A DNA stretch of 64,000 nt from a bacterium (GTDB lineage: Bacteria > SM23-31): the NCBI GenBank assembly GCA_965249485.1, contig OZ252239.1, positions 3,040,001 through 3,104,000 on the forward strand, in the 5' to 3' direction. Of this stretch, positions 18,960 through 28,265 are shown piece after piece. The notes below the pieces were generated by a model. That model did no database searches. It was not told where the DNA came from and saw only the letters and a program-made list of their open reading frames with translations. The position numbers and the translations under genes were made by a program. The first letter of the stretch is position 1. Each line of letters opens with the position of its first letter.

Positions 18960-20244
18960 AAAGTTCTCGCAATTGATAGTATATTTTGTCGGTCGCACCG
19001 AGATTGTTCTGAATTAATTTCTGGGCTTTCCTGCCTGCTTCTGTTCTTTTTGAATTATTATTAAGAAATTCGCTCACAATGTCGGTAATGTCGCTGCTGT
19101 TTTTAACTAAAAAACCGCCGCCACACAGTATTAGTTCACTTGCTTCTAACGAGTTAAGATAATTTGGTCCAAAGAGTACCGGTTTACCGAGAATTCCCGG
19201 TTCCATTACATTGTGGACACCGGGCCCAAAACTGCCGCCAACATAGGCAATATCCGATTTCGTATACAATTTCGCCAATAACCCGACACTGTCTACGATC
19301 GTTACGCGGATTCCGTTATCGCCGTTGTGCAAAAATTTGCTCAACCTTTTTGACGGAATGTTTGCTTGCTCGAGAACTGCTTCAATACCTTTTAAATACC
19401 GCTCTTTCGGTTCATGGGGTACGAGGATCACTCTGAGTGTTTGATATATTCCCAATAATTTCTGAACAGCCGGCAGAAGATGCTTTTCATCTGATGGCCA
19501 GGTACTACCGGCAATCAAAACATTGATATTATCACTTTCGAATATTGGAATTTCGTTCGATTTCAGCGCATTTTGTCCCCGTAGATATACCTGATCAAAC
19601 CGTGTATCTCCTGTTACCACCATTTTATTGGGGTAAGGAAAAAGAAGAAGCATCCGATCTCTGTCCAGCTCTGATATGGGGAACATAAAAGAAAAAGTTG
19701 AATAAAATGACTTGAAAAAATTTCTAAAAACAGGGAATATCCTCAACGAGTTTCCCGGCAGCGTTGCATCGATAAGGATAACCTTCACCTGTAAAGCATG
19801 GGCAGCATAAAGATGATTCGGCCAGATATCGTGTTTTGCGACAATCCACAAATCGGGTTGTATTGTCTTTAAAAATATTTTCGCTCGGAAATAACTGTCA
19901 AATGGCAAATAAACTTTTAGATCGACATCTGCTGATTCTTTTAAAAAATTGTAACCTGACGGTGAAAAAAATGCGACGACAACATAACAAGTTGGATCGT
20001 TCTTTTTAATCTGTTTGATTAAAGGAAGAGCCTGCTCCCATTCACCGACCGAAACACAGTGAAATAAATACCGTCTCCTGTCGTCAGCCACATCCGAAAG
20101 AGCTTCTCTGATTCGCTTGTGTTGATTCTTTCTTCCGGCAATACCATCTGCAATTTTTTTATTAAAAAAACGGGCAATTTGATAAAAAACATATTGCACG
20201 GGCACCGCTAAAATATTATACAGAAGAAACCACATTTTTCCCAA
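18928..20244 (-). CDS. waaA: 3-deoxy-D-manno-octulosonic acid (Kdo) transferase
   Basis: FHCVSVGE, YLPFD, GDTRFD, AGSTWPSDE, VPHEP, AYVGGSF..GVHNVMEP. Confidence 0.93.
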   Translation of the reverse strand: MGKMWFLLYNILAVPVQYVFYQIARFFNKKIADGIAGRKNQHKRIREALSDVADDRRRYLFHCVSVGEWEQALPLIKQIKKNDPTCYVVVAFFSPSGYNFLKESADVDLKVYLPFDSYFRAKIFLKTIQPDLWIVAKHDIWPNHLYAAHALQVKVILIDATLPGNSLRIFPVFRNFFKSFYSTFSFMFPISELDRDRMLLLFPYPNKMVVTGDTRFDQVYLRGQNALKSNEIPIFESDNINVLIAGSTWPSDEKHLLPAVQKLLGIYQTLRVILVPHEPKERYLKGIEAVLEQANIPSKRLSKFLHNGDNGIRVTIVDSVGLLAKLYTKSDIAYVGGSFGPGVHNVMEPGILGKPVLFGPNYLNSLEASELILCGGGFLVKNSSDITDIVSEFLNNNSKRTEAGRKAQKLIQNNLGATDKIYYQLRELYDFIPQNNSN

Positions 20245-21298
20245 TATTGTTACCCGTTTGATGGTTTTCAGACAAATAGAGTTGTTCGGCTGCTTTTATA
20301 ACCTCATCCGGCTCTATGCCTTTCATACAATTAAAATGTCCTTTCGGACATTTATTTTTTCCATTATGTGTGCACGGCCTGCATGACAGGCTTTTCTCAA
20401 TTACAAAACTCTTCTCAGGAAACGGAAAATAACCGAGTTCCTGAGAAGTCGAACCAAAAAGAGCCACAACAGGTTTTTTTTGAGACTGTGCAATATGCAT
20501 TAATCCGGTATCATTCGTAATAACAATTGTACTTAGTTTTAGCAAGGCGGCAGCTTCCATCAACGTAAATGCACCTGTATAATTCCATACCTTGCTCATC
20601 ATCTGATTTTGAACAGTTTCACACTCCAATCGATCACTCTCTCCACCGAGAATTATAACATTGGACTGATAGTTATTGCAGAAATAATCTCCGACTGCTG
20701 CAAACCCATCCGGCATCCACCGTTTTGTTGAATATCCTGCTCCAGGACAAAGCACCACAGTGGGCCGGTCGATTCTCAAACCGTCTCTTCCACAAATGGT
20801 TCGAACTTTTTTCAATACATCTGAAGGAACAACAATTTCAGAACCATCCTGATCCGGAACAATGTTCAAGGATGCGAGAGCATGAAAATACCTTTTAAAA
20901 ATTGGTGCTGCTGGCTTAAACCTGTTAATACGCAACCAAAGGAGTAATGATCTTTTCCAATATTCCTTTTTGTATTGTAGAACGACCGAAGCACGAGAAC
21001 CCATACATAAATAAACACTCCGCAGATTTTTGTGCAAATCTATTAAATACGTATACTGCTCTTGTTTAATTATCTGCTTCAGTCTCCATAGCTCTTTCCA
21101 TCCTGCCGTATGATCAAACGCAATGACATTACTCAAATGCGGATTGGTTTTCAAAAGATCAACATATTGAGCTTTTACAATAAAATCAATTACTGCATCG
21201 GGATATGCTTTCCTGACCGCTCGAATTAAGGGAGTGGTCAATACTATATCACCGATTGAACTTAATCGGATAAGAGCTATTTTCTGCATTTCATCCAC
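20216..21298 (-). CDS. waaF: LPS heptosyltransferase II (GT9)
   Basis: IRLSSIGDIVLTTP, DLH.NLRS, PGAGYSTKRW, NDTGLMHIA, FGST, CRPC...CPKGHFNCM. Confidence 0.85.
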   Translation of the reverse strand: MDEMQKIALIRLSSIGDIVLTTPLIRAVRKAYPDAVIDFIVKAQYVDLLKTNPHLSNVIAFDHTAGWKELWRLKQIIKQEQYTYLIDLHKNLRSVYLCMGSRASVVLQYKKEYWKRSLLLWLRINRFKPAAPIFKRYFHALASLNIVPDQDGSEIVVPSDVLKKVRTICGRDGLRIDRPTVVLCPGAGYSTKRWMPDGFAAVGDYFCNNYQSNVIILGGESDRLECETVQNQMMSKVWNYTGAFTLMEAAALLKLSTIVITNDTGLMHIAQSQKKPVVALFGSTSQELGYFPFPEKSFVIEKSLSCRPCTHNGKNKCPKGHFNCMKGIEPDEVIKAAEQLYLSENHQTGNNIGKNVVSSV

Positions 21299-21310
21299 TC
21301 TTTTTGAAAC

Positions 21311-22285
21311 CTACTTACTCCGGTGTATCATATAGTCGGTTACATTGAGTAATGAAGTCTTATAATCAGAATCGTCAAAGTCTGATAATTCGGCACAGGC
21401 TTCCTTCGCAAGATGAGCAACATTCTTGGAAGCGTATTGAACACCACCGTTATCCCGTATAAAATGTATTATTGTTTTAATATCCGACCTGGATGGATTC
21501 TTTTTTACCTTCTTAAGGATCCTGCTTCGTTGGGAATTACCTACTTGCTTAAGCGCATAGATCAAAGGAAGCGTTATTTTACCATTTTTAATATCCGTTC
21601 CCCGCTTTTTCCCAAACACTTTCTCTTCACCCTCAATATCAAGGAGATCATCCTGAATTTGAAACGCAAGACCTATTTTTTCTCCAAACAGTTTCAATTT
21701 TTCTTCCTGCTCTTGAGATGCTGAAACCGAAATTGCACCGAGCTGCATACTCGCTGATATAAGTGCTGCCGTTTTATCACCTATTATTTGAAAATAGTCC
21801 TCTTCCGATAAATCCTTCTTACGGCTTTTTATCAGTTGTGCTATTTCACCTTGACTCATCCGTGCACTCGATTCAGATAATATATTAATCGCCGCAAGGC
21901 TGTTCAGCTTAACTGCCGTTGTCAGAGATCTTGCAAGTATGTAGTCCCCCACTAATACGGAAATCTTATTTTTCCATATTACGCTTATGGTCGGGCCGCC
22001 CCGTCGGACAGTCGATTCATCAACAACATCATCGTGAATGAGCGTCGCATTATGGAGCATCTCCACTAAAGCGGCTGCTCTAAACGTTTCCGGTGTCAAA
22101 TCACTACACACTCTTCCTGCAAGAAGCACGAGCAGAGGACGCAGCATTTTTCCTTTTTGTTTAATGAGATGGTTTGCAATAATGTTGATCACTCTTACTG
22201 GCGAGTGGAGCAGTTCGGCAATTGTCTCCTTGACCGTAATCATTTCACCAGCAACAGGTCGTATAATCTCATTTAAACTATGCAA
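21311..22285 (-). CDS. ispB: Polyprenyl (octaprenyl-type) diphosphate synthase
   Basis: GKMLRP, HNATLIHDDVVD..RRG, KTAALI, AFQIQDDLLD, GKITLPLI. Confidence 0.88.
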   Translation of the reverse strand: MHSLNEIIRPVAGEMITVKETIAELLHSPVRVINIIANHLIKQKGKMLRPLLVLLAGRVCSDLTPETFRAAALVEMLHNATLIHDDVVDESTVRRGGPTISVIWKNKISVLVGDYILARSLTTAVKLNSLAAINILSESSARMSQGEIAQLIKSRKKDLSEEDYFQIIGDKTAALISASMQLGAISVSASQEQEEKLKLFGEKIGLAFQIQDDLLDIEGEEKVFGKKRGTDIKNGKITLPLIYALKQVGNSQRSRILKKVKKNPSRSDIKTIIHFIRDNGGVQYASKNVAHLAKEACAELSDFDDSDYKTSLLNVTDYMIHRSK

Positions 22286-22358
22286 ATCAGAATCTATTAA
22301 GTTGTTTTTACTGAATTAAAAGCGTTTAATTTACTTGATTTCATAATATGATGCAACG

Positions 22359-23210
22359 TTATTCATCATCCTGAACACTTTTCTTGGCGGTAATCCTAAC
22401 CAGGACTATGCTCAATTCATATAATATCCACAACGGGATAGCGAGTGCAAGCTGTGTGATAAAATCGGGTGGAGTCAAAACCGCACCGAAAACAATTGCC
22501 CCGAATATTGCATGCCTTCTGTATTTTGACATCATTGCATGATTTATAATTCCTAATTTCCCTAAAAACATAGCAACAAGTGGGAGTTCAAAAACTATCC
22601 CGAATACTATCATCATCATCGTCACGAAACTAATAAAATCGTCAATTGTCCATTGCGCTCTAATCGATTCGGTTTCAAATCCGAGCAGAAAGGCTAAACC
22701 GAAAGGTAGTACGACATAATATGCAAATAGTGCGCCGGAAACAAAACATAATATTGTAAACAATATTACAGGAAACACATATTTTTTTTCGTTTAAGAAC
22801 AGACCCGGAGCTATAAACTGCCAGAATTGAAATGTCAACACAGGGATACTAAAAATGAGAGCGGCAAAGAATGAAACTTTGAGGTGTACAATAAAACCTC
22901 CGGTCGGCCGTAATATCTGGAGTTGCCCTCCCGGATTCGGTTTTGTTAGAAAATAAAGCAATTCACTTGAAAAGAAATATGCCACAAAACTGAAGGATAC
23001 TATCACACCGATACAGATGAATAACCGTTTCCGTAACTCCTCAAGGTGCTCAGTAAACGGCATGTATTTTTCCTTTTGCTTGCTACCTTTTGAATCCGAT
23101 TTTCCGGATGTACTGTCATCACTATCGGCTCCGCTTTTCTCAGCACTTTTGTTATTTACATTCTCGTCCGCAGGTTGCGAATTTGCTGCATCTTTATCTT
23201 TTTCTGCCAT
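22359..23210 (-). CDS. tatC: Twin-arginine translocase subunit TatC
   Basis: MPFTEHLEELRKRL, WQFIAPGL..EKK, FELP, LTPPD..Q...A.P...LYE; polar N-terminal extension. Confidence 0.96.
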   Translation of the reverse strand: MAEKDKDAANSQPADENVNNKSAEKSGADSDDSTSGKSDSKGSKQKEKYMPFTEHLEELRKRLFICIGVIVSFSFVAYFFSSELLYFLTKPNPGGQLQILRPTGGFIVHLKVSFFAALIFSIPVLTFQFWQFIAPGLFLNEKKYVFPVILFTILCFVSGALFAYYVVLPFGLAFLLGFETESIRAQWTIDDFISFVTMMMIVFGIVFELPLVAMFLGKLGIINHAMMSKYRRHAIFGAIVFGAVLTPPDFITQLALAIPLWILYELSIVLVRITAKKSVQDDE

Positions 23211-23246
23211 ATATGTAAAGAATCTTTCAATTATTCTGAATAGTTA

Positions 23247-24908
23247 TCAGGCAGTATTTTTCATGACTGCCTGGACATTTCCAATACTTTGTTTAATTAC
23301 TGTATCATGTTTAAAATATTTATTATCGATTTCAGGGTAGTCGGTTGTAAAATGGAGTCCTCTGCTCTCTTTTCTCATAATTGCACAAGTGACAATCATC
23401 GAGGAGACCGTAGCAAGATTTCTTAATTCGAGCAACTCCTCACTGATTTTTGTTTTACGGTAAAATTCCTCCACTTCATGAAGAATCATTTTTATTCGTT
23501 TTTCGGCCCTATTTAGACGAAAATCAGACCGCACAATACCAACATAGTCCCACATCAAATTGCGGATTTCATGCTTATCGTGCTTGATAAGTACCCACTC
23601 ATCATTGTTAATGGTTCCGGAATCATTCCACTCGGGAATTACCCGCGGCGGTTCTTTGAGAAGCTTTAATTTATTTGTTGCTTTTAATGCGGACCTATGG
23701 GAATATACAAGTGCTTCGAGCAGAGAGTTGCTGGCAAGTCTGTTTGCACCATGAACACCGGTATGAGCAACCTCTCCGCAGACATACATATTTCCAATCG
23801 ATGTTTTGCCGTAAAGATCAGTCACAATCCCGCCGCATAAATAGTGTGCAGCAGGAACAACTGGAATCGGTTCTCTGCTAATATCCAGCTTATACTCTTT
23901 ACATTTTGAATAGATCTGCGGAAATTTCTCAACAATATTCTTATCGCCAATAGACGAAAGGTCAAGATAAACACATTCGTCACCGGAGCGTTTGAGCTCG
24001 GAGTCAATTGCCCTTGCTACGATGTCTCTCGGCGCAAGTTCTGCTCTCTTATCAAAAGTGGTCATAAACCGGTCACCATTTTTATTACGCAAGACAGCAC
24101 CTGCTCCACGGACCGCTTCCGATATCAGAAAAGATTTTGCTTTAGGATGATACAGTGTCGTTGGATGAAACTGCATAAACTCAAGATTCGCAAGGGTGGC
24201 ACCAGCACGGTATGCCATTGCAAGCCCATCTCCAGTTGCTATACTTGGATTAGTCGTATGGAGATAAACCTGACCTGCTCCTCCGGTAGCAAGCAGTGTT
24301 ATTTTTGCGGCAAATACGTCAACTGTGCAGGAAATCCTGTCAAAAGCATAGGCACCGTAACAATTTATTTTTTTTGATTGCTTATGTGGTTCTACCTGAT
24401 GTTCAGTTATTAAATCAATTGCACTGTGATCTTCAAAAAGCTCAATATTGGGATTATTTCGTGCTGTTTCGACCAGTATCCGCTCGATTTCGTTTCCGGT
24501 ATAATCCCGCGCATGGACAATTCTCTTTCTGGAGTGTCCTCCTTCAATTCCGAGATCAAAATACTGTCCATCTTCCTCAAGAGTAAACTGTGCACCAAAA
24601 TCAACAAGCTCCCGTATCCGGTCCGGACCTTCATGAACCATGATTTTAACCGCTTCCCGGTTCGATATGCCGGCTCCAGTTGATAAGGTATCTTTGATAT
24701 GGAGATCAAATGAATCATCTTCACCAAAAACAGAGGCAACGCCACCCTGCGCATAGTTTGTATTTGATTCAATGTCATTTTTTTTCGTAACAATCGCTAC
24801 TGTTCCGAATAGAGCGGCCTTTAATGCAAAAGTCAGACCTGCAATTCCACTCCCCAATACTAGGAAATCAATATCTTTGCGCGCCACCGTTTTAACCTTA
24901 TTCGCCAA
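23247..24908 (-). CDS. nadB: L-aspartate oxidase
   Basis: GSGIAGL, NTNYAQGG, EGGHSRKRIVHA, EFMQFHPT, LISEAVRG, HGANRLASNSLLE, ESRGLH. Confidence 0.96.
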   Translation of the reverse strand: MANKVKTVARKDIDFLVLGSGIAGLTFALKAALFGTVAIVTKKNDIESNTNYAQGGVASVFGEDDSFDLHIKDTLSTGAGISNREAVKIMVHEGPDRIRELVDFGAQFTLEEDGQYFDLGIEGGHSRKRIVHARDYTGNEIERILVETARNNPNIELFEDHSAIDLITEHQVEPHKQSKKINCYGAYAFDRISCTVDVFAAKITLLATGGAGQVYLHTTNPSIATGDGLAMAYRAGATLANLEFMQFHPTTLYHPKAKSFLISEAVRGAGAVLRNKNGDRFMTTFDKRAELAPRDIVARAIDSELKRSGDECVYLDLSSIGDKNIVEKFPQIYSKCKEYKLDISREPIPVVPAAHYLCGGIVTDLYGKTSIGNMYVCGEVAHTGVHGANRLASNSLLEALVYSHRSALKATNKLKLLKEPPRVIPEWNDSGTINNDEWVLIKHDKHEIRNLMWDYVGIVRSDFRLNRAEKRIKMILHEVEEFYRKTKISEELLELRNLATVSSMIVTCAIMRKESRGLHFTTDYPEIDNKYFKHDTVIKQSIGNVQAVMKNTA

Positions 24909-24974
24909 CCAAATATTTAGTCAAAAACAATTTAATATTACCAATTTCTTCACAATATCCTCTATAATCTTGCA

Positions 24975-25187
24975 TTAATGACTTTTATTTTTCAGCGGGA
25001 CAAATGGACAAAGCCCTTGTGAAGAATCAAAAGCAAAACATAATTTATAATTTCCAAACGGTACTTCTCCGTATTTATCAGGTAGACAATCCAGATCCAA
25101 GTCTTTACACGGAATTTCTACCGGATTTGCCGGTTTGACTGTATATTCATTACCAATGTGTACAGGATAATTATGAGAATAAATCAT
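24975..25187 (-). CDS. Small four-cysteine hypothetical protein
   Basis: 70-aa ORF, co-directional between rlmD and nadB, with IPCKDLDLDCLPD...NYKLCFAFD...GLCPF. No clear RBS. Confidence 0.5.
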   Translation of the reverse strand: MIYSHNYPVHIGNEYTVKPANPVEIPCKDLDLDCLPDKYGEVPFGNYKLCFAFDSSQGLCPFVPLKNKSH

Positions 25188-25267
25188 GACAATTCAAATT
25201 TCAATATCGTTATAATTTACTATTTTTTTGTGAGTATTCAAACTTAAAATCTCCAACTCATCGGAAT

Positions 25268-26695
25268 TTAATCCCTGAGCAATATTGTCACTGATTCCAC
25301 ATGCGCTGTCTGAGGAAACATATCCACCGGAATAATTTTATCAATAGAATAGCCGTCACTTAAAATCTTTACATCTCTCGCAAGTGTCGAGGGATTGCAA
25401 GACACATATATGATCCTCGATGCCCCCAATTGCATCACCCGCTCTGTCGACTTCGGATCTAAACCACTGCGTGGCGGATCAACAATAACAATATCGGGTT
25501 TCCCAAATTGTTCAAATAAGTGATCAGGATATTTAATGAGGCTCCGTACTTTTCCCTGAATGAAATGACAATTATCGATATTGTTCAGGTGAGCATTTGC
25601 TACTGCACTTTCAACAGAGGCAGGGTTGAGTTCCAATCCAACGATTTTTTTTGCGTGACGAGCAAGAAACAGTGATATTGTACCTGCCCCTGAATAGAGG
25701 TCGTAAACCACTTCATTACCGGTAAGCTTGCATGCTTGCATTACCAAATTATAAAGATTTTCCATCTGCCGTGAATTAACCTGAAAAAAAATATCGCAGT
25801 CTATTGCAAATTTTAATGTGCCGACCTGCTCATAAATTTCATCCTCGCCATAGACCTTTCTAATTGAATCCCAGACGGAAGCTTGAGATTTTCCCGAGTG
25901 TTCCGCGTGATAGATTGATACAATTTCCGGAACCGACTTCTGAACTGCTTGGCAAAGTGAGTCGATGTATTGTTTTTGCTCAAGACTGCATTCGTTTGTT
26001 ATTAGATTGATGAGCACATCACCGGCAGATTTTGCTTCCCGTATTACAAGAAATCTCCAAAATCCATTATGCTTACGAATATTGTATGCAGGATAACCGC
26101 TTTCCTGAGCAAATTTTCGCACTAAGCGTAAAATTCTGTTACTTGCATAGGATTGGAGGTAGCAAGTCTTTACAGGTATAATCGTATCAAACCTGCCCGG
26201 TAGGTGCAAACCCAGGTCAACCGCTCCGCTGACAATCTTCTTTGAATCAAAATCCCACACTCTATCGCTGAATGAATACTCCATTTTATTTCTGTAAAAA
26301 TACTCGTCGGGTGACGGTACCGTATCATCAATGGTGCACTGCTCAATTCCCCCTATTCGCTCAAGAGAATCCTGAATCCAGCTTTTCTTTATATTAAGCT
26401 GTTCTTTATAGTTTACATTCTGCAATGAACAACCTCCGCAGACAAAGAAGTGGCTGCATTGTGGTTCTCTTTGAATCGGTGAAGATCTTAGAACATCAAC
26501 GACCCGAGCCTCAGCATAGTCTTTACGGTTTTTGAAAATGTTCACCGAAACACATTGTCCCGCAACGCCATTTTCGACAAAAACAACTTTCCCATCGATC
26601 CTTCCAACTCCTCTTCCACCGACTGCCATACCGGTTATTTCAATTTCGGACAGTTCGGCAATAATCTCAGTTGTGCGATTTGCTTCATTGTTCAC
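25268..26695 (-). CDS. rlmD: 23S rRNA (uracil1939-C5)-methyltransferase
   Basis: TRAM N-terminus, CSHFFVCGGC Fe-S motif, YRNKMEY, FFQVN, DLYSGAG, DPPRSG, YVSCNP, DMFPQTAHVE. Confidence 0.93.
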   Translation of the reverse strand: MNNEANRTTEIIAELSEIEITGMAVGGRGVGRIDGKVVFVENGVAGQCVSVNIFKNRKDYAEARVVDVLRSSPIQREPQCSHFFVCGGCSLQNVNYKEQLNIKKSWIQDSLERIGGIEQCTIDDTVPSPDEYFYRNKMEYSFSDRVWDFDSKKIVSGAVDLGLHLPGRFDTIIPVKTCYLQSYASNRILRLVRKFAQESGYPAYNIRKHNGFWRFLVIREAKSAGDVLINLITNECSLEQKQYIDSLCQAVQKSVPEIVSIYHAEHSGKSQASVWDSIRKVYGEDEIYEQVGTLKFAIDCDIFFQVNSRQMENLYNLVMQACKLTGNEVVYDLYSGAGTISLFLARHAKKIVGLELNPASVESAVANAHLNNIDNCHFIQGKVRSLIKYPDHLFEQFGKPDIVIVDPPRSGLDPKSTERVMQLGASRIIYVSCNPSTLARDVKILSDGYSIDKIIPVDMFPQTAHVESVTILLRD

Positions 26696-26849
26696 GTTAA
26701 TTTACATGCCCCTATAATGTGAAACTTAGTAAATATGTGTTACAAAAAATCCGCTTTTCTGATGCATAACTTTGTAAGATTTCAAAAGTACGTAATTAAT
26801 AATGACAAAACTCTTTTATTAATTCAGAGTTTCATGTACTCTTTTGATT

Positions 26850-28265
26850 TTAGCTAATGGCATCAAAGCGGATGTCAAATTCTTTTAATTTTCGGTAGAG
26901 CCGTGCACGTGTTATCGCAAGCAGACGGGCAGTGCTCGATATATTCCCTTCATTTACAGATAAAGCATTTTCAATTGCATGCTTTTCAACTTGTTTGAGC
27001 GGAATAACAGACTGTTTATATGATTCCTCACTATAATCTTTCAATTCTGTTTCTGCAGGTTCCGCATCTTTTAAGAGTGCATTTCCATCCAGATGATTAA
27101 ATTCCTCGATTGTCAATACTTTACCCGGACAGTTGAGTATCGCCCGTTCCATAACATTTTCAAGCTCTCTGATATTACCCGGCCACGGATATTGTTTTAA
27201 TCTCTCCATTGTCGTTTCAGTAATACTCACAACTTCTTTGTTATTCCGCTCACTTATTTCCTTTAGAAATAAGAATACCAGAAGTGGAATATCTTCTACA
27301 CGTTGTCTCAATGGTGGAAGATTAATCGGATACACATTTATCCTGTAAAATAGATCTTCACGGAACCTGCCTTCTTTAACTTCTTCCTCGAGAATTTTAT
27401 TGGTTGCTGTAATAATTCTCACATCAACTTTAATCGTCGTGTTGCCGCCGACCCACTCAAACTCCTGTTCTTCAAGGACCCGCAGAATTTTTGACTGCAT
27501 ATACACTGACATTTCTGCTATCTCATCAAGGAAGATCGTTCCTTTATCAGCAAGTTCAAATTTGCCGATGCGCTTGCTGATGGCTCCTGAAAATGAGCCT
27601 TTTTCATGGCCGAAGAGTTCTGATTCGAGAAGGTTTTCGGGTATTGCCGCACAGTTGATAACAATAAGAGGATTATTACGCCGCAGGCTATTATGATAAA
27701 TAACCCGTGCAAGTAGCTCTTTACCTGTTCCGCTCTCACCGGAAATAAATACTGTAACATTGCTTTTGGAAATATTATGGACAGCGTGAAAAACTTTCCA
27801 CATTTCATCACAATCACCAATAATATTATCCAGACCAAAAGTATTTTTTATCTTGTCGCGCAAAGACGCAACATGGAAATGGTAGGCTTCTGAAAAGAGG
27901 AGATTTTGAACTTTGGCCTGAAGTTCGTCTGCATCAACCGGATGTGTTATATAATCATAAGTGCCCGCGTTTATAACCGCCTTGCTTGTTTCTGCATCTA
28001 CTTTACTCACAATGGTTATAATCGGGACATCGGGAGCACTGTCGTGAACGATCTTAATAAGTTCTTCTCCAGATATTAGCGGCAGATTAAAATCAAGGAT
28101 AAACAGGTTAGCTTTGAGATTTCTGAGTTTTTTTAATAGGCCATATGACTCTTGTAAGATCGAAAATTCCACAGGAAAATCCGTCTTCAAAGAGCGGATT
28201 TTCTTGAGCGCTGCCTTGTCATGTGATACAACAATTATCTTTTTTTTTGTTTCGTTTTGGGACAT
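26850..28265 (-). CDS. Sigma54-dependent enhancer-binding protein (atypical receiver, AAA+, Fis HTH)
   Basis: GESGTGKE, INCAAIPENLLESELFGHEKGSFSGA, FLDEI, FREDLFYRI, WPGNIRELEN, C-terminal HTH. Confidence 0.92.
   Translation of the reverse strand: MSQNETKKKIIVVSHDKAALKKIRSLKTDFPVEFSILQESYGLLKKLRNLKANLFILDFNLPLISGEELIKIVHDSAPDVPIITIVSKVDAETSKAVINAGTYDYITHPVDADELQAKVQNLLFSEAYHFHVASLRDKIKNTFGLDNIIGDCDEMWKVFHAVHNISKSNVTVFISGESGTGKELLARVIYHNSLRRNNPLIVINCAAIPENLLESELFGHEKGSFSGAISKRIGKFELADKGTIFLDEIAEMSVYMQSKILRVLEEQEFEWVGGNTTIKVDVRIITATNKILEEEVKEGRFREDLFYRINVYPINLPPLRQRVEDIPLLVFLFLKEISERNNKEVVSITETTMERLKQYPWPGNIRELENVMERAILNCPGKVLTIEEFNHLDGNALLKDAEPAETELKDYSEESYKQSVIPLKQVEKHAIENALSVNEGNISSTARLLAITRARLYRKLKEFDIRFDAIS

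Noticed and set aside
21299..21313. ispB TAG stop is in frame with downstream waaF (possible readthrough fusion)
   Set aside because: In-frame adjacency occurs one time in three by chance, both proteins are complete, and a fusion has no evident rationale.
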